This document shows, piece after piece, positions 1 to 9,428 of a stretch of DNA of 58,792 bases. The translations under genes and the position numbers were made by a program. Under the pieces are notes generated by a model. It saw only the letters and a list, made by a program, of their open reading frames with translations. It was not told where the DNA came from and did not search any database. This DNA is from Candidatus Onthousia faecavium. GTDB lineage: Bacteria > Bacillota_I > Bacilli_A > RF39 > UBA660. The DNA lies in contig DVIS01000022.1 in NCBI GenBank assembly GCA_018711135.1, forward strand, positions 1 through 58,792, written 5' to 3'. Each line of letters begins with the position of its first letter. Position 1 is the stretch's first letter.

Positions 1-42
1 TGTTGGATATAGTCTAAACTTATATGCTTTATATGCTTCCAT
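1..42 (-). mobile_element. tnpB: 5' end of IS200/IS605-family TnpB ORF (runs off the window edge)
   Basis: Minus strand reads ATG at 42: MEAYKAYKFRLYPT, the typical TnpB/OrfB N-terminal motif. SD GGGAGGT lies at 49-55. Only 14 codons are visible. Confidence 0.75.
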
Positions 43-65
43 ATTGATACCTCCCTGATGTAATC

Positions 66-95
66 AGATTAGCATGTAGAACAATAGTTTGTCAA
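66..95 (-). promoter_or_regulatory. sigma-A-like promoter upstream of tnpB
   Basis: Minus strand TTGACA-18 nt-TAATCT, with a TG extended -10. Confidence 0.5.
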
Positions 96-202
96 TAGTT
101 TTTTGACTTTTAAACGCACTTTCCTTATAGATAAAAAAAACACCACCTAAATAAATTATAAGATAGCAAAAAGAATCTATAAAAAGATAGTTTAGTTTTT
201 AA

Positions 203-231
203 AAGAGTGGTTCAAAAACGAATCCACTCTT
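203..231 (-). terminator. intrinsic terminator after the ECF sigma/anti-sigma pair
   Basis: Minus strand AAGAGTGGATTC...GAACCACTCTTTT hairpin. Confidence 0.6.
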
Positions 232-236
232 AATTT

Positions 237-572
237 TTATTCTATACTAGCACTTGTTTTAATATCAAAAGTTGTTTCATCACCTTCGATAGTACACGTA
301 ATTATACCATTTTCATTTTTAATACAACTAGCATTTTTTTCTTCTCCATCAACATTAAAATTAAGTGAAAATATTTCTTTAAAAGTATTACTAATGGCAT
401 TATCAGTTAAAGCGTCTACTGAAAGAGTTCCCATACTTAAAGTGAGTGCTCCTAAGAATACATATAAAACTTTTTTCATTTTCATTTTCTTAATAATCTT
501 CTCCTTTTTAAAATTTTCATAGCCTATCATTTGACTAGTCAAACTCTTTATACGATCAGTATCAATTTTCAT
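237..572 (-). CDS. putative membrane-anchored anti-sigma factor
   Basis: Single TM helix; overlaps the ECF sigma stop codon. Confidence 0.5.
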   Translation of the reverse strand: MKIDTDRIKSLTSQMIGYENFKKEKIIKKMKMKKVLYVFLGALTLSMGTLSVDALTDNAISNTFKEIFSLNFNVDGEEKNASCIKNENGIITCTIEGDETTFDIKTSASIE

Positions 573-1060
573 TATTTTAAATCCTCCTTTAACTTTTTTC
601 TTATTCTGTATAGTCTAACTTTTACAAGATTTATTTTAATATTTAACTTTGAAGCTATCTCTTTTATCTTATAGCCTTCTATATAATATAATCTAAAGAT
701 ATTTTGTTCTTCTAAACTAAGTCTTAGGAGTTTTTGTTTAATTAGAAAAATATCATCAAAGTTGATTTGGTCAGAAGATAAATTATCATTACCTACAAGA
801 TAGTCTTGATATTCTAAAGTGGTTTTTAATGATCTTAATTTACTATAAGAACAGTTTCTAGCAATGACGCTTAAATAAGATTTTAAATCTTTAGTTATAT
901 TATGTTGATGTTTCCATAAAAGATAGAAAACATCTGCTACAATCTCTTCTTTATCTTGATATGGTAAAGAATGCCCAATAATATTATCAACTATTTTAAA
1001 AACATAATTAGAATATTCATCGATAATTATTTCTATATTAAGTTTTATATCATTATGCAA
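572..1060 (-). CDS. ECF-type RNA polymerase sigma factor
   Basis: Region 2 (DKEEIVADVF..LW..LKSYL..IARN) and region 4 (LYYIEGYKIKEIA..VKVRLYRIRKKL). Confidence 0.9.
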   Translation of the reverse strand: MHNDIKLNIEIIIDEYSNYVFKIVDNIIGHSLPYQDKEEIVADVFYLLWKHQHNITKDLKSYLSVIARNCSYSKLRSLKTTLEYQDYLVGNDNLSSDQINFDDIFLIKQKLLRLSLEEQNIFRLYYIEGYKIKEIASKLNIKINLVKVRLYRIRKKLKEDLK

Positions 1061-1169
1061 ATTGATACCTCCTTATTGAACTAGTTCAATATAAAGACGT
1101 TACTTTAAGAAGAAAGGTTACAATAAAGTGTTGTTTATCTAAAACTGAAAACAAAGGACTGTTACGAGG

Positions 1170-3173
1170 TTAAATATTTTTTTTCGTAACAGTCCCTAAG
1201 TCAAAATAAATATTGTTGTAATTAAACTCTTTCTCATCTAGATTAAGTTCATAACTAGAATTAATATGAGTACATCTTCCATCAAAGTAAGTTTTAAATT
1301 TATCATTTTTAACATTAACTAACGTATAAGGAGTATCTTTATCTATATTTAAGACATTACCTTTAATAAGCATAACCTCAATAGGTCCTTTAGTTTTAAT
1401 AATTAGCGGAATATTACCAAATCTTTCTCTAATAGTTTTGATTAAGTTTTTAAGTTCCAAAGTGTTAAGTTCTACTGATAGAGTTATGGCTTTATAACCT
1501 AATTTATAAAGATAATAAGCAGTATAAGAGTTAAAAACATTTAAGTGGTATGAAGAGATAACATCAGTAGTTGGTTTATATAAGTTACTAACGATACTAT
1601 GATCTTTTAAGACATCTTTAATATGAAAAGGATTATGAGTTATTTCTTGATATAAAGATAAATCTAAAGGTTCAGTATCATTTATCTTAGTAAAGGTTAT
1701 ATCATTTACAACTGGTTCTAAATAATTATTAAGTCTTGCACCAACTAGTCTTTCAGCAAGGGTACGTCTTGCTATATTTAAGTCACCTATTCTAATAAAA
1801 ATATCATCATCAATATCTAAAGAAATGTGTTTAGCTTTAAAGGGGGTATTACCTAGTTTTTCTATTTGTAAGACTAATCTTTCTTTAGATAGAGGATTAT
1901 TAAGAGACTTTTCTACTATATCCCCAGTATAAGTTACTTGGTTAGTACCATCATCAAAAGTCAAAGTGAATCTCTCATATTTTTTAGCTTTGATAGTAAT
2001 ATTGATAGGAACTTTTCTTGTAATAGTAAAGTCTGTTATTTCCAATTTCTTATTGGTTGTCTTTCTAACCTCATCATAACTTGTTAAATTAACTTTATTA
2101 TCAATTTCAATAGTCGCTTGAGGGTTAGCTTTGTTAATTAAATTATCCTTAAGATCATATATATAATTAACAATCATACCTTTATTACTTTCCCTAAAAC
2201 GAATACCATCACCTTGGAGTAATTCTTTATCTAGTTTTATTCTAATCCTATCATCAGTAATATTTATAACTTTACCTAAAGAACTACCAAGATGATTAGG
2301 ACTAGTTTTATTAATTAAATTAGGGTCATTAAAAAGATGTCCTTTAGTAAAGCCACGATAGAAGAGGCTTTTTAAGTCTTCTAGATCTTCTTTAGTAATA
2401 TCTTTACCATCTAATATATTACGATAATATCTTGTTATAAAGTAAACATAGGATGGACTTTTCATTCGACCTTCGATTTTTAAACTGGTAATATTTTTAG
2501 GTAAGTCTTTAATGTTAGAACCAACATTTAATTCTTTCATTGATAAGAGATAACCCTCATCTATTAAAGTTTTATCTTTATATAGTTTATAAGGTAAGCG
2601 ACAGCTTCCTACACATTCACCACGATTGCCACTTCTACCACCTAACATAGAACTAAAAAGACAATTACCAGAATAACTGACACATAGAGCACCATGAACA
2701 AAAACCTCTAGTTCAATTGGAATATCGATCTTTTCGATTTCTTCTTTTGTCATCTCCCTAGGTAAAACTACTCTTTTAACGCCAAGCTCTTTTAATAGTT
2801 TAATAGTTTCATAGGAACTACTATTCATTTGAGTTGAGGCATGAATTGTAAGATTAGGATATTTTTCTAAACAAAGGGAAATCATTCCTAAGTCTTGCAT
2901 TAAGATAGCATCAACACCAAGATTATAGAGGAATTCTACCTCTTCTAAAAAAGAAGATACCTCACTTTCTTTAATAAGCGTATTCATTGTTACATAGATC
3001 TTAACTCCATATATTTTACCAAGACGTAAGACTGTTTTTAATTCTTCATTTGTAAAGTTTTTGGCGTAGCTTCTAGCCCCAAAGTTTTTAAAAGCTAAAT
3101 AAATGGCATCGGCACCACCATTTAAAGCTGCATAAAAAGAATTTATATCCCCTGCTGGTACTAATAACTCCAT
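1170..3173 (-). CDS. peptidase U32 family protein with DUF3656 (RlhA-like RNA hydroxylation factor)
   Basis: ELLVPAG, GADAIY, HASTQ, HGALCVSYSGNC..SGNRGEC..CR and LKIEGRMK motifs. Confidence 0.9.
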   Translation of the reverse strand: MELLVPAGDINSFYAALNGGADAIYLAFKNFGARSYAKNFTNEELKTVLRLGKIYGVKIYVTMNTLIKESEVSSFLEEVEFLYNLGVDAILMQDLGMISLCLEKYPNLTIHASTQMNSSSYETIKLLKELGVKRVVLPREMTKEEIEKIDIPIELEVFVHGALCVSYSGNCLFSSMLGGRSGNRGECVGSCRLPYKLYKDKTLIDEGYLLSMKELNVGSNIKDLPKNITSLKIEGRMKSPSYVYFITRYYRNILDGKDITKEDLEDLKSLFYRGFTKGHLFNDPNLINKTSPNHLGSSLGKVINITDDRIRIKLDKELLQGDGIRFRESNKGMIVNYIYDLKDNLINKANPQATIEIDNKVNLTSYDEVRKTTNKKLEITDFTITRKVPINITIKAKKYERFTLTFDDGTNQVTYTGDIVEKSLNNPLSKERLVLQIEKLGNTPFKAKHISLDIDDDIFIRIGDLNIARRTLAERLVGARLNNYLEPVVNDITFTKINDTEPLDLSLYQEITHNPFHIKDVLKDHSIVSNLYKPTTDVISSYHLNVFNSYTAYYLYKLGYKAITLSVELNTLELKNLIKTIRERFGNIPLIIKTKGPIEVMLIKGNVLNIDKDTPYTLVNVKNDKFKTYFDGRCTHINSSYELNLDEKEFNYNNIYFDLGTVTKKNI

Positions 3174-3197
3174 AAATTACCCCTTTCATTATAGATA

Positions 3198-3692
3198 CTA
3201 AGAATTTGTCTTTGTATTTTTCTTTACTAAAGTTCTACCTGCTTCTTCATATAATACTAACTCTATAGAATCCATATCTCTAGCATCTAGTATATTGATA
3301 TTATCAGGACACCCTTTAGTAATATATTCTTTATTACCTAAGAAATATTTCATTTTCATCATTTCTTCTATTTTTTGGTTTTTCGTTCTTTTAGAACTAA
3401 GGTAAGAAGCATAAATTAAAATGGTGTTTGTAAAAACAACTGGAAAAAAGTTTTCAAAGTAATCAAATGCTCCTGCCATAAGTCTAACGAGAGCATTAGG
3501 ATCTAAAGGATTAGGATCAATTCCTAAGAAATTAGCGGCAGCATTGATACTTATCGGAATAGATGCTAAAACAGTACCCGTAATAGCACCTTTGATTGCA
3601 TATTTTTTATTAATTTTATTAACATAATCAGTAATATTAGTAATTCTAACTTTTTCTTCTATTGCTTTTATTTTTTCTTCTTCTGTTTTCAT
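3198..3692 (-). CDS. hypothetical membrane protein
   Basis: 164-aa ORF with SD and two hydrophobic segments. Confidence 0.65.
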   Translation of the reverse strand: MKTEEEKIKAIEEKVRITNITDYVNKINKKYAIKGAITGTVLASIPISINAAANFLGIDPNPLDPNALVRLMAGAFDYFENFFPVVFTNTILIYASYLSSKRTKNQKIEEMMKMKYFLGNKEYITKGCPDNINILDARDMDSIELVLYEEAGRTLVKKNTKTNS

Positions 3693-3801
3693 TATGCACC
3701 TCTTTAAAATTAACTATATTATATACTAGTTTCTTTTTATTAACAATTCTAAATTTAGCGAAAGAAAAAGTACCAAGAATATTTCTTAATACTTAAAGAT
3801 T

Positions 3802-4410
3802 TTATTTATCTTTTATCTCTTGCATCTTTTGATTAATATTTAGCATTTTTTGATCTAAAGTATGGATATCAGTAGCACATTTATGTAAGTAGTCTTTAAT
3901 CTCTTTAGGAACATTACCTTGAAATTTATAGGAAAGTTTGTGTTCTAGACTAGCCCAAAAGTCCATAGCAATCGTTCTTACTTGGATTTCTGCTTCTACT
4001 AAGGTAACACCATCTAACAAGTTTACAGGAACATAAACTAATAGATGATAACTAGAATAACCTGTATCTTTAGGATTTGTTATATAATCTTTTTGCTGGT
4101 GAACCTCGATTTGACTACAGTTTTCAATTAATCTTACAATTTTATAGACGTCAGATAGAAAACTACAAACAATTCTCATGCCAATTAAGTCGTGAACATG
4201 CTTTTCGATATTTTGGATAGTCATAGTGCAACCTTTTTTATTTAGTTTTTTAGCAATACTATCATAACTTTTTATTCTTGTTTTAACATGTTCAACTGGA
4301 TTATAGTTATTTTTGTATTCAAAGTCTTGTAATAAAATACTAATTTGGGTTTCTAATGTTTTTAAAGCAGCTGTATATTTTAGTAATAGCCCTTCAAAGT
4401 CTTCTTCCAT
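3802..4410 (-). CDS. small alarmone synthetase ((p)ppGpp synthetase, RelP/RelQ family)
   Basis: RIKS..SI..K, DLIGMRI, KDYI.NPK.TGYSSYH and EIQVRTIAMDFWASLEH motifs. Confidence 0.92.
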   Translation of the reverse strand: MEEDFEGLLLKYTAALKTLETQISILLQDFEYKNNYNPVEHVKTRIKSYDSIAKKLNKKGCTMTIQNIEKHVHDLIGMRIVCSFLSDVYKIVRLIENCSQIEVHQQKDYITNPKDTGYSSYHLLVYVPVNLLDGVTLVEAEIQVRTIAMDFWASLEHKLSYKFQGNVPKEIKDYLHKCATDIHTLDQKMLNINQKMQEIKDK

Positions 4411-4441
4411 TTATGTTCCTTTCTAAAAGACGAAAACTAGA

Positions 4442-4879
4442 CTATTTTTCATCTAAGTCTAGTGTTTCTATCTCTTCTACTACAGCCATTTGTTGTTCAA
4501 CAATTATTTTGAGTTTTCTTTTAAATATTTTAATATTTCTTTCTAAGGTATCTCTTTCTTCTTCAATGCGTCTTGCTTTTAATAAAGCCTCTCCAACTAT
4601 TCTTGAGGCATTATTTTTAGCTTCTTTAATAATAATATCTGCTTCTTCTCTAGCTAAACTTTTAACGTTGTCAGCAGTTTTTTCAGCATTAATTAAAGAA
4701 TGTTTTAAAGTATCTTCCATATTTTCATAATGACTTAATTTATCTTGTAAGACTTTTATTTCTTTCCTTTGCTCTTGACACTTTTTTATGATACCTTCTG
4801 TTTCTTTAATAACATCATTTACAAACTTATTAACCTCTACTTTATTATAACCATTTGCTTCATAGTTAAATTTATCCAT
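4442..4879 (-). CDS. divIVA: DivIVA family cell division protein
   Basis: N-terminal F...NGY...EV..F motif followed by a coiled coil; follows sepF. Confidence 0.85.
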   Translation of the reverse strand: MDKFNYEANGYNKVEVNKFVNDVIKETEGIIKKCQEQRKEIKVLQDKLSHYENMEDTLKHSLINAEKTADNVKSLAREEADIIIKEAKNNASRIVGEALLKARRIEEERDTLERNIKIFKRKLKIIVEQQMAVVEEIETLDLDEK

Positions 4880-4905
4880 TATCTCACACCCTTCACTGGG
4901 TTATT

Positions 4906-5343
4906 TTACCAATCAAATTCATCGTCTTCTGGATCTTGCTTTTTACCTCTTTTAACTGTTTTCGCAGGAGCAGCATCATCACTTATTTCTCCTTCAACGT
5001 TTACATTGTTTGGAGTACATAGAAAAATTCCTCCTCCTAATTTTTGTAAGTCTCCACCAATAGCGTATAAAGTTCCACTTAAAAAGTCAACTATTCTCTT
5101 AGCCTGATCTGGTGTTACTCTTTTTAAATTAACAACAACTGCATTTCTTTCTTTTAAATAATCTGCTATTTGTTGACTTTCAGAATAAGCGCGGGGCTCT
5201 AATAACATCATTTTACTACCAGCAACCCCATTTTCATAACTATATTCTTCTTTACTCACTTTGTAATACTCCTCCTCTTTAACCTCTTCTTCATCGTTAG
5301 TATCATCACTACCTATTAGTTTTCTTAATTTATCTAAAGCCAC
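4906..5343 (-). CDS. sepF: cell division protein SepF
   Basis: [42 protein letters not shown]. Confidence 0.95.
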   Translation of the reverse strand: MALDKLRKLIGSDDTNDEEEVKEEEYYKVSKEEYSYENGVAGSKMMLLEPRAYSESQQIADYLKERNAVVVNLKRVTPDQAKRIVDFLSGTLYAIGGDLQKLGGGIFLCTPNNVNVEGEISDDAAPAKTVKRGKKQDPEDDEFDW

Positions 5344-5408
5344 ATTATCATCCTCCTATTTACTATATATTATAGTAGCATATTTTTTTTATTTAGAAAA
5401 GTGCTATT

Positions 5409-7184
5409 TTAACTATTTTTATACCAAATATTAGTAATATCTACATTATTAGATAGTGGTTCGGGATTAGCTTTTTCAAAATACATATTAATAGGAACTT
5501 TAAAAGCACTACCGAAAGCAATACAATTACCTGGTTTTAAATTTTTAAGTTGATTAGCAACCTCCAAAGAGATACTAGGTACCATTTCTTTAATATAGTT
5601 TAAATCTTTAGGATGTAGTGTTCTTAGAATAATAAAGTTTGAACATTGAGAAATAGCAGTATCAGAAAGTTCACTAGGACGTTGTGTAATTAAACCTAAT
5701 AAGACCCCATATTTACGTCCTTCTTTGGTAATACGATCAAAAATATTATAGCCAAGAATTTCTATATCAGTATCCTTTTGAACATAACGATGAGCCTCTT
5801 CAATAACGATATGATAAGGAACACTACCACGCGCTTCATTACTAACTGCTGTATCAAAGATAAGTTTAGATATAATTTTAGTAATAACTTTAGCCATTCT
5901 ATCTTCAATATAACTAATATTAAAGTTAACTATTTGACATTTAGCACCTAAAGCATTAGTAAATAATTGATCTAAATAAGTATCTCTTGAAATATAGACA
6001 TTGCTATCAAAGAAAACATGACTAGGACTATTAGCAAGAGAATGAAGTCGAACACTTAAAACATTAGCATAGTCATAAACTTTATCACTTTTCAAGATTC
6101 CTTCACTAATTAAAGCAAAGTCCATCGCTGTTTCTAAATCTTTTAGAGTATAAGCAATTAATTTTTGAGGACGATCTAAGACATTTAAATCTTCCATGAT
6201 AAATTGTTTTACAAAATTAACAACAAGTTCCATTTCCATTAGTTTACCAGTCTTATCTATATATAAACACTGTTTAAAAGTTCTAACATAACCAGGTTGA
6301 ACTATTTTAGCATCAAGACTTAAGTCTTTAGTATTGAATTTAGTTAAAACAGCAATGACTTGATCTCTTATTTTAGTAGAACCATGACCGCTTAGAAGAA
6401 TATCTAAAACAGCCCGAGCGATAATATCATTCTTATATTTAATAACCTCAGGATCATCACCAGTTAAGATAGTAACAAGTGAAAGAGCTTTTTCAATAAT
6501 AGGTAACTGATTCGGTGTAGTTACATTAAGAAGTAAAGCTAAGTCATCAACTCCTAATAACCATAAAGGAATATTTAAGATATCACTAGTTGGATCACTA
6601 GGGTTAGGATTTGTGGTATAAGTTTTATAATGGATATTAGGGTTTACTTGATCAATCGAACCTAAAGCCCTTGTATATTCACCATAAGCATCAAACATAA
6701 TGACATTAGCACCTACAGGGCTTTTCTTAGGATCAGCAAAGATATTTTGGAAAATTCTACTAACTGAGAAGGATTTACCAGCTCCACTATTACCTAATAT
6801 TGCAAAATGGTTACTGAAAAAAGCATTGACGTTGACATTTATTTTATAGTTTTGATAAATATTAGAGTAACCTAAAGTAACATCTTCTCTTGTTGGTTCA
6901 TTAGGCCCTAGTATTAAAGCAAGTTCTGCCATATTAACAATTCTAACACTTGATCTAAACGATGGTTTAGCACTAATTCCAGGTAAAAAAACATTGCCTT
7001 TTATTTCTCCTACAATATTAATTTTTAAAGTAGTTTTTGTACTATTAACAATCTCTCCTACTATTTTTGTTTCTCCATCTTCAAAAATAACATGTAAATT
7101 AAGTAAATTTGTCTGCTTTGTTAAATCTATAGTCAAATCTATAGTAACTGTATTATCAATAATCTCTTTAATTGTTCCTAACAT
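5409..7184 (-). CDS. HerA/FtsK-superfamily ATPase (DUF87)
   Basis: N-terminal barrel region, HFAILGNSGAGKS (Walker A), D.YGEY, IEEAHRY, KEGRKYG and ITQRPSEL. Confidence 0.9.
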   Translation of the reverse strand: MLGTIKEIIDNTVTIDLTIDLTKQTNLLNLHVIFEDGETKIVGEIVNSTKTTLKINIVGEIKGNVFLPGISAKPSFRSSVRIVNMAELALILGPNEPTREDVTLGYSNIYQNYKINVNVNAFFSNHFAILGNSGAGKSFSVSRIFQNIFADPKKSPVGANVIMFDAYGEYTRALGSIDQVNPNIHYKTYTTNPNPSDPTSDILNIPLWLLGVDDLALLLNVTTPNQLPIIEKALSLVTILTGDDPEVIKYKNDIIARAVLDILLSGHGSTKIRDQVIAVLTKFNTKDLSLDAKIVQPGYVRTFKQCLYIDKTGKLMEMELVVNFVKQFIMEDLNVLDRPQKLIAYTLKDLETAMDFALISEGILKSDKVYDYANVLSVRLHSLANSPSHVFFDSNVYISRDTYLDQLFTNALGAKCQIVNFNISYIEDRMAKVITKIISKLIFDTAVSNEARGSVPYHIVIEEAHRYVQKDTDIEILGYNIFDRITKEGRKYGVLLGLITQRPSELSDTAISQCSNFIILRTLHPKDLNYIKEMVPSISLEVANQLKNLKPGNCIAFGSAFKVPINMYFEKANPEPLSNNVDITNIWYKNS

Positions 7185-7250
7185 ATAAACACCTTCTTAT
7201 CCTATTAAGATTATACTATAGATTTTTTTAAGGGACAAGCGGTAATATAA

Positions 7251-7274
7251 GAATCTAGTTACTAAACTAGATTC
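7251..7274 (-). terminator. hairpin immediately after the CLec gene stop codon
   Basis: GAATCTAGTT-TAGT-AACTAGATTC, perfect 10-bp stem; weak U tail. Confidence 0.5.
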
Positions 7275-7278
7275 CCTA

Positions 7279-9222
7279 TCATTCCAAAGCTAAGGTGAAG
7301 GGTTGCTCTTTCGTTCCATCACCATTTACAATTTGCACGTTAGATTTTAGATTTAGTGATGGCCAGACGCCGTACGCAATGGACGGACCGTTGACGTTCG
7401 CGTAGCCACCGTTGTTCACGTACCACACGCGAGACACACTATACGGTGTTATGGTCCAATAATATGTATTGTTACCATATCTATCAAATTGTCCTGCCAT
7501 TAATTCTCCTAAGCGTAGTAATCCTACCTTTGCTGTTGTCGTACTTGATGTCAGAATATTATCCGTAGTATTTGTATATTTGGCTAGTTTATATGAGGCA
7601 CCACTTCCCATTGTTCCCAAATACCATGTTGTCGCATCTTCTATCATTGCTATATCTTCATCTGTCATATAGCCATTTTCCGTATTCAAATAGTCATTAT
7701 TCAAAAATGTTCCTATGGTATTACTACTTGAATAATTTACATTTCTATTGCTATCAAAAGTACTTTCTACAAATGTTTCCCCACTCTTTAACGGCTCAGC
7801 ACTCGTTATCTTTGTTCCTGTACCATTTTCATGACTCACTATCCGATATAGATTATTCTCGCCTATTCCAAACCTTATATATTCTCCACTATATCTTGTA
7901 TTTAACATTGTTCCTGAAAGGTCTTTTTCATTATCTCCGTTTAAGCGATATGGGTTATCTGCCGAACCGTCACCATCTACAATTCGAACACTAGATTTTA
8001 GATTTATAGACGGCCGCACGCCAACCGCGTTCGAAGGACTATAGTTGTCCGCGCTGCCACTGCGGTAGACGTAACGCACGTTAGACGAAGAATAAGGAGT
8101 GATACTCCACCAGGAAAGTCCATTATTTAAATAGCCATTACTATAAGTTGTTCCTCTATAGCTCTTTGTATACTCATAAATATTTAATAATCCTACTGCA
8201 GCTGTCACCATTGTTGTTTCAGCTGGCTTACTTGTAGATGTAGTTAATGTAGCATTCCATACGCTATCCATCTTTATAAATTTCTCTGGTTCTCTTAAAT
8301 TACTCAAAAAACCATCCACACTCGTATCATTTAACCACTCTTCCATATAACTACCTGCAAAAGCCGTATTATCATTTGCATTATATGGTATTACACTTAT
8401 ATTCCACTGAGTTACTAACTTAACACTGTTATCACTTGGATCTATTGATACTGCTCTCCACAACTTACCACTATACCAGATATAGTTATTGGGATCTGTT
8501 CCTGTTATAAATGTCTGATCTGGATCTGTTGTATTTATCGCGCCATTTTCTCCTACTCCTGCTAGTAATGTATCTGCAACAGGTTCTCCTTGTGTATTAA
8601 CACCATTAACAACTATCTTACCATGATAATGCTTACCTAAAACATCATTTCCTACCCCTTCTCTTATCCATACATATAAAGTATAAGTAACGCTTTGCCC
8701 TGCTTCTAATGATCCACTAGCAATCTTATAATTAGAACCAGCTACACTAGATAAATTAGTAGGACTACCTGTATCTAATTTATATCTTATATAATCTTTA
8801 TTTAACTGATTATTACTACAATTATCTTGACTTATCATATCAGTATCATCTTGAATATATACCTCATAATCTGCTGCTAAACTACCAGTATTTTTAATTG
8901 AAAAAACATAAGGTGTCAGTTTTAATCCCTCTTCATCACTCATTGGATACTTATCACTTAAATTAATTGTATTACTACTATCTTCTCCAAAATCAATATT
9001 TAAAGTCCCTACTTTTATCACATTATAATCTGCTGATTTTGAAATAGACGTAAAAACAGCATATGCACTACCCAAAGATATAACTGTAACTCCTAATATT
9101 GATAAAAGTGTCACTAAAAGTTGTCTTTTAGCCATCTTTGTTAATGCTGCCTCTTTAAAATTATAACTTTCTTTTTTTTCATCTGTTATTTTTATCTTAC
9201 GGCGTTTACTAAATTTATTCAT
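7279..9222 (-). CDS. surface protein: SipW/TasA-like N-terminus plus two tandem DUF6273-like CLec domains; probable DGR target
   Basis: TM followed by AYAVFT..VGTLNIDF; two repeats of W..TPYS..V.YV..G......P....GV.PS.NLKS.V.IV.GDG....P. Confidence 0.7.
   Translation of the reverse strand: MNKFSKRRKIKITDEKKESYNFKEAALTKMAKRQLLVTLLSILGVTVISLGSAYAVFTSISKSADYNVIKVGTLNIDFGEDSSNTINLSDKYPMSDEEGLKLTPYVFSIKNTGSLAADYEVYIQDDTDMISQDNCSNNQLNKDYIRYKLDTGSPTNLSSVAGSNYKIASGSLEAGQSVTYTLYVWIREGVGNDVLGKHYHGKIVVNGVNTQGEPVADTLLAGVGENGAINTTDPDQTFITGTDPNNYIWYSGKLWRAVSIDPSDNSVKLVTQWNISVIPYNANDNTAFAGSYMEEWLNDTSVDGFLSNLREPEKFIKMDSVWNATLTTSTSKPAETTMVTAAVGLLNIYEYTKSYRGTTYSNGYLNNGLSWWSITPYSSSNVRYVYRSGSADNYSPSNAVGVRPSINLKSSVRIVDGDGSADNPYRLNGDNEKDLSGTMLNTRYSGEYIRFGIGENNLYRIVSHENGTGTKITSAEPLKSGETFVESTFDSNRNVNYSSSNTIGTFLNNDYLNTENGYMTDEDIAMIEDATTWYLGTMGSGASYKLAKYTNTTDNILTSSTTTAKVGLLRLGELMAGQFDRYGNNTYYWTITPYSVSRVWYVNNGGYANVNGPSIAYGVWPSLNLKSNVQIVNGDGTKEQPFTLALE
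7345..7462 (-). repeat. putative DGR variable region VR-2 (C-terminal)
   Basis: 49 of 80 bases are G+C over 7361-7440; many NNC codons (AAC/TAC/GTC/CGC). Confidence 0.65.
7996..8113 (-). repeat. putative DGR variable region VR-1 (internal)
   Basis: 49 of 80 bases are G+C over 8011-8090; collinear with VR-2. Confidence 0.65.
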
Positions 9223-9428
9223 TGCTATAACTCACACCCTATCCTTATACTAAGTATAGTATAACAAATAAGTCTTAATAATGCTAGCCCTTTTTTGCAC
9301 GACTTATATAGATTTAACTAATATAAATATTAACTTATGACGAAGTTCTTTGCCAAATCAAAAAAATTCGTCATAAACTTTTAGTTATTAGTAATAAAAC
9401 AACAAAAAAAGCAGGAACTCCTCCTACT

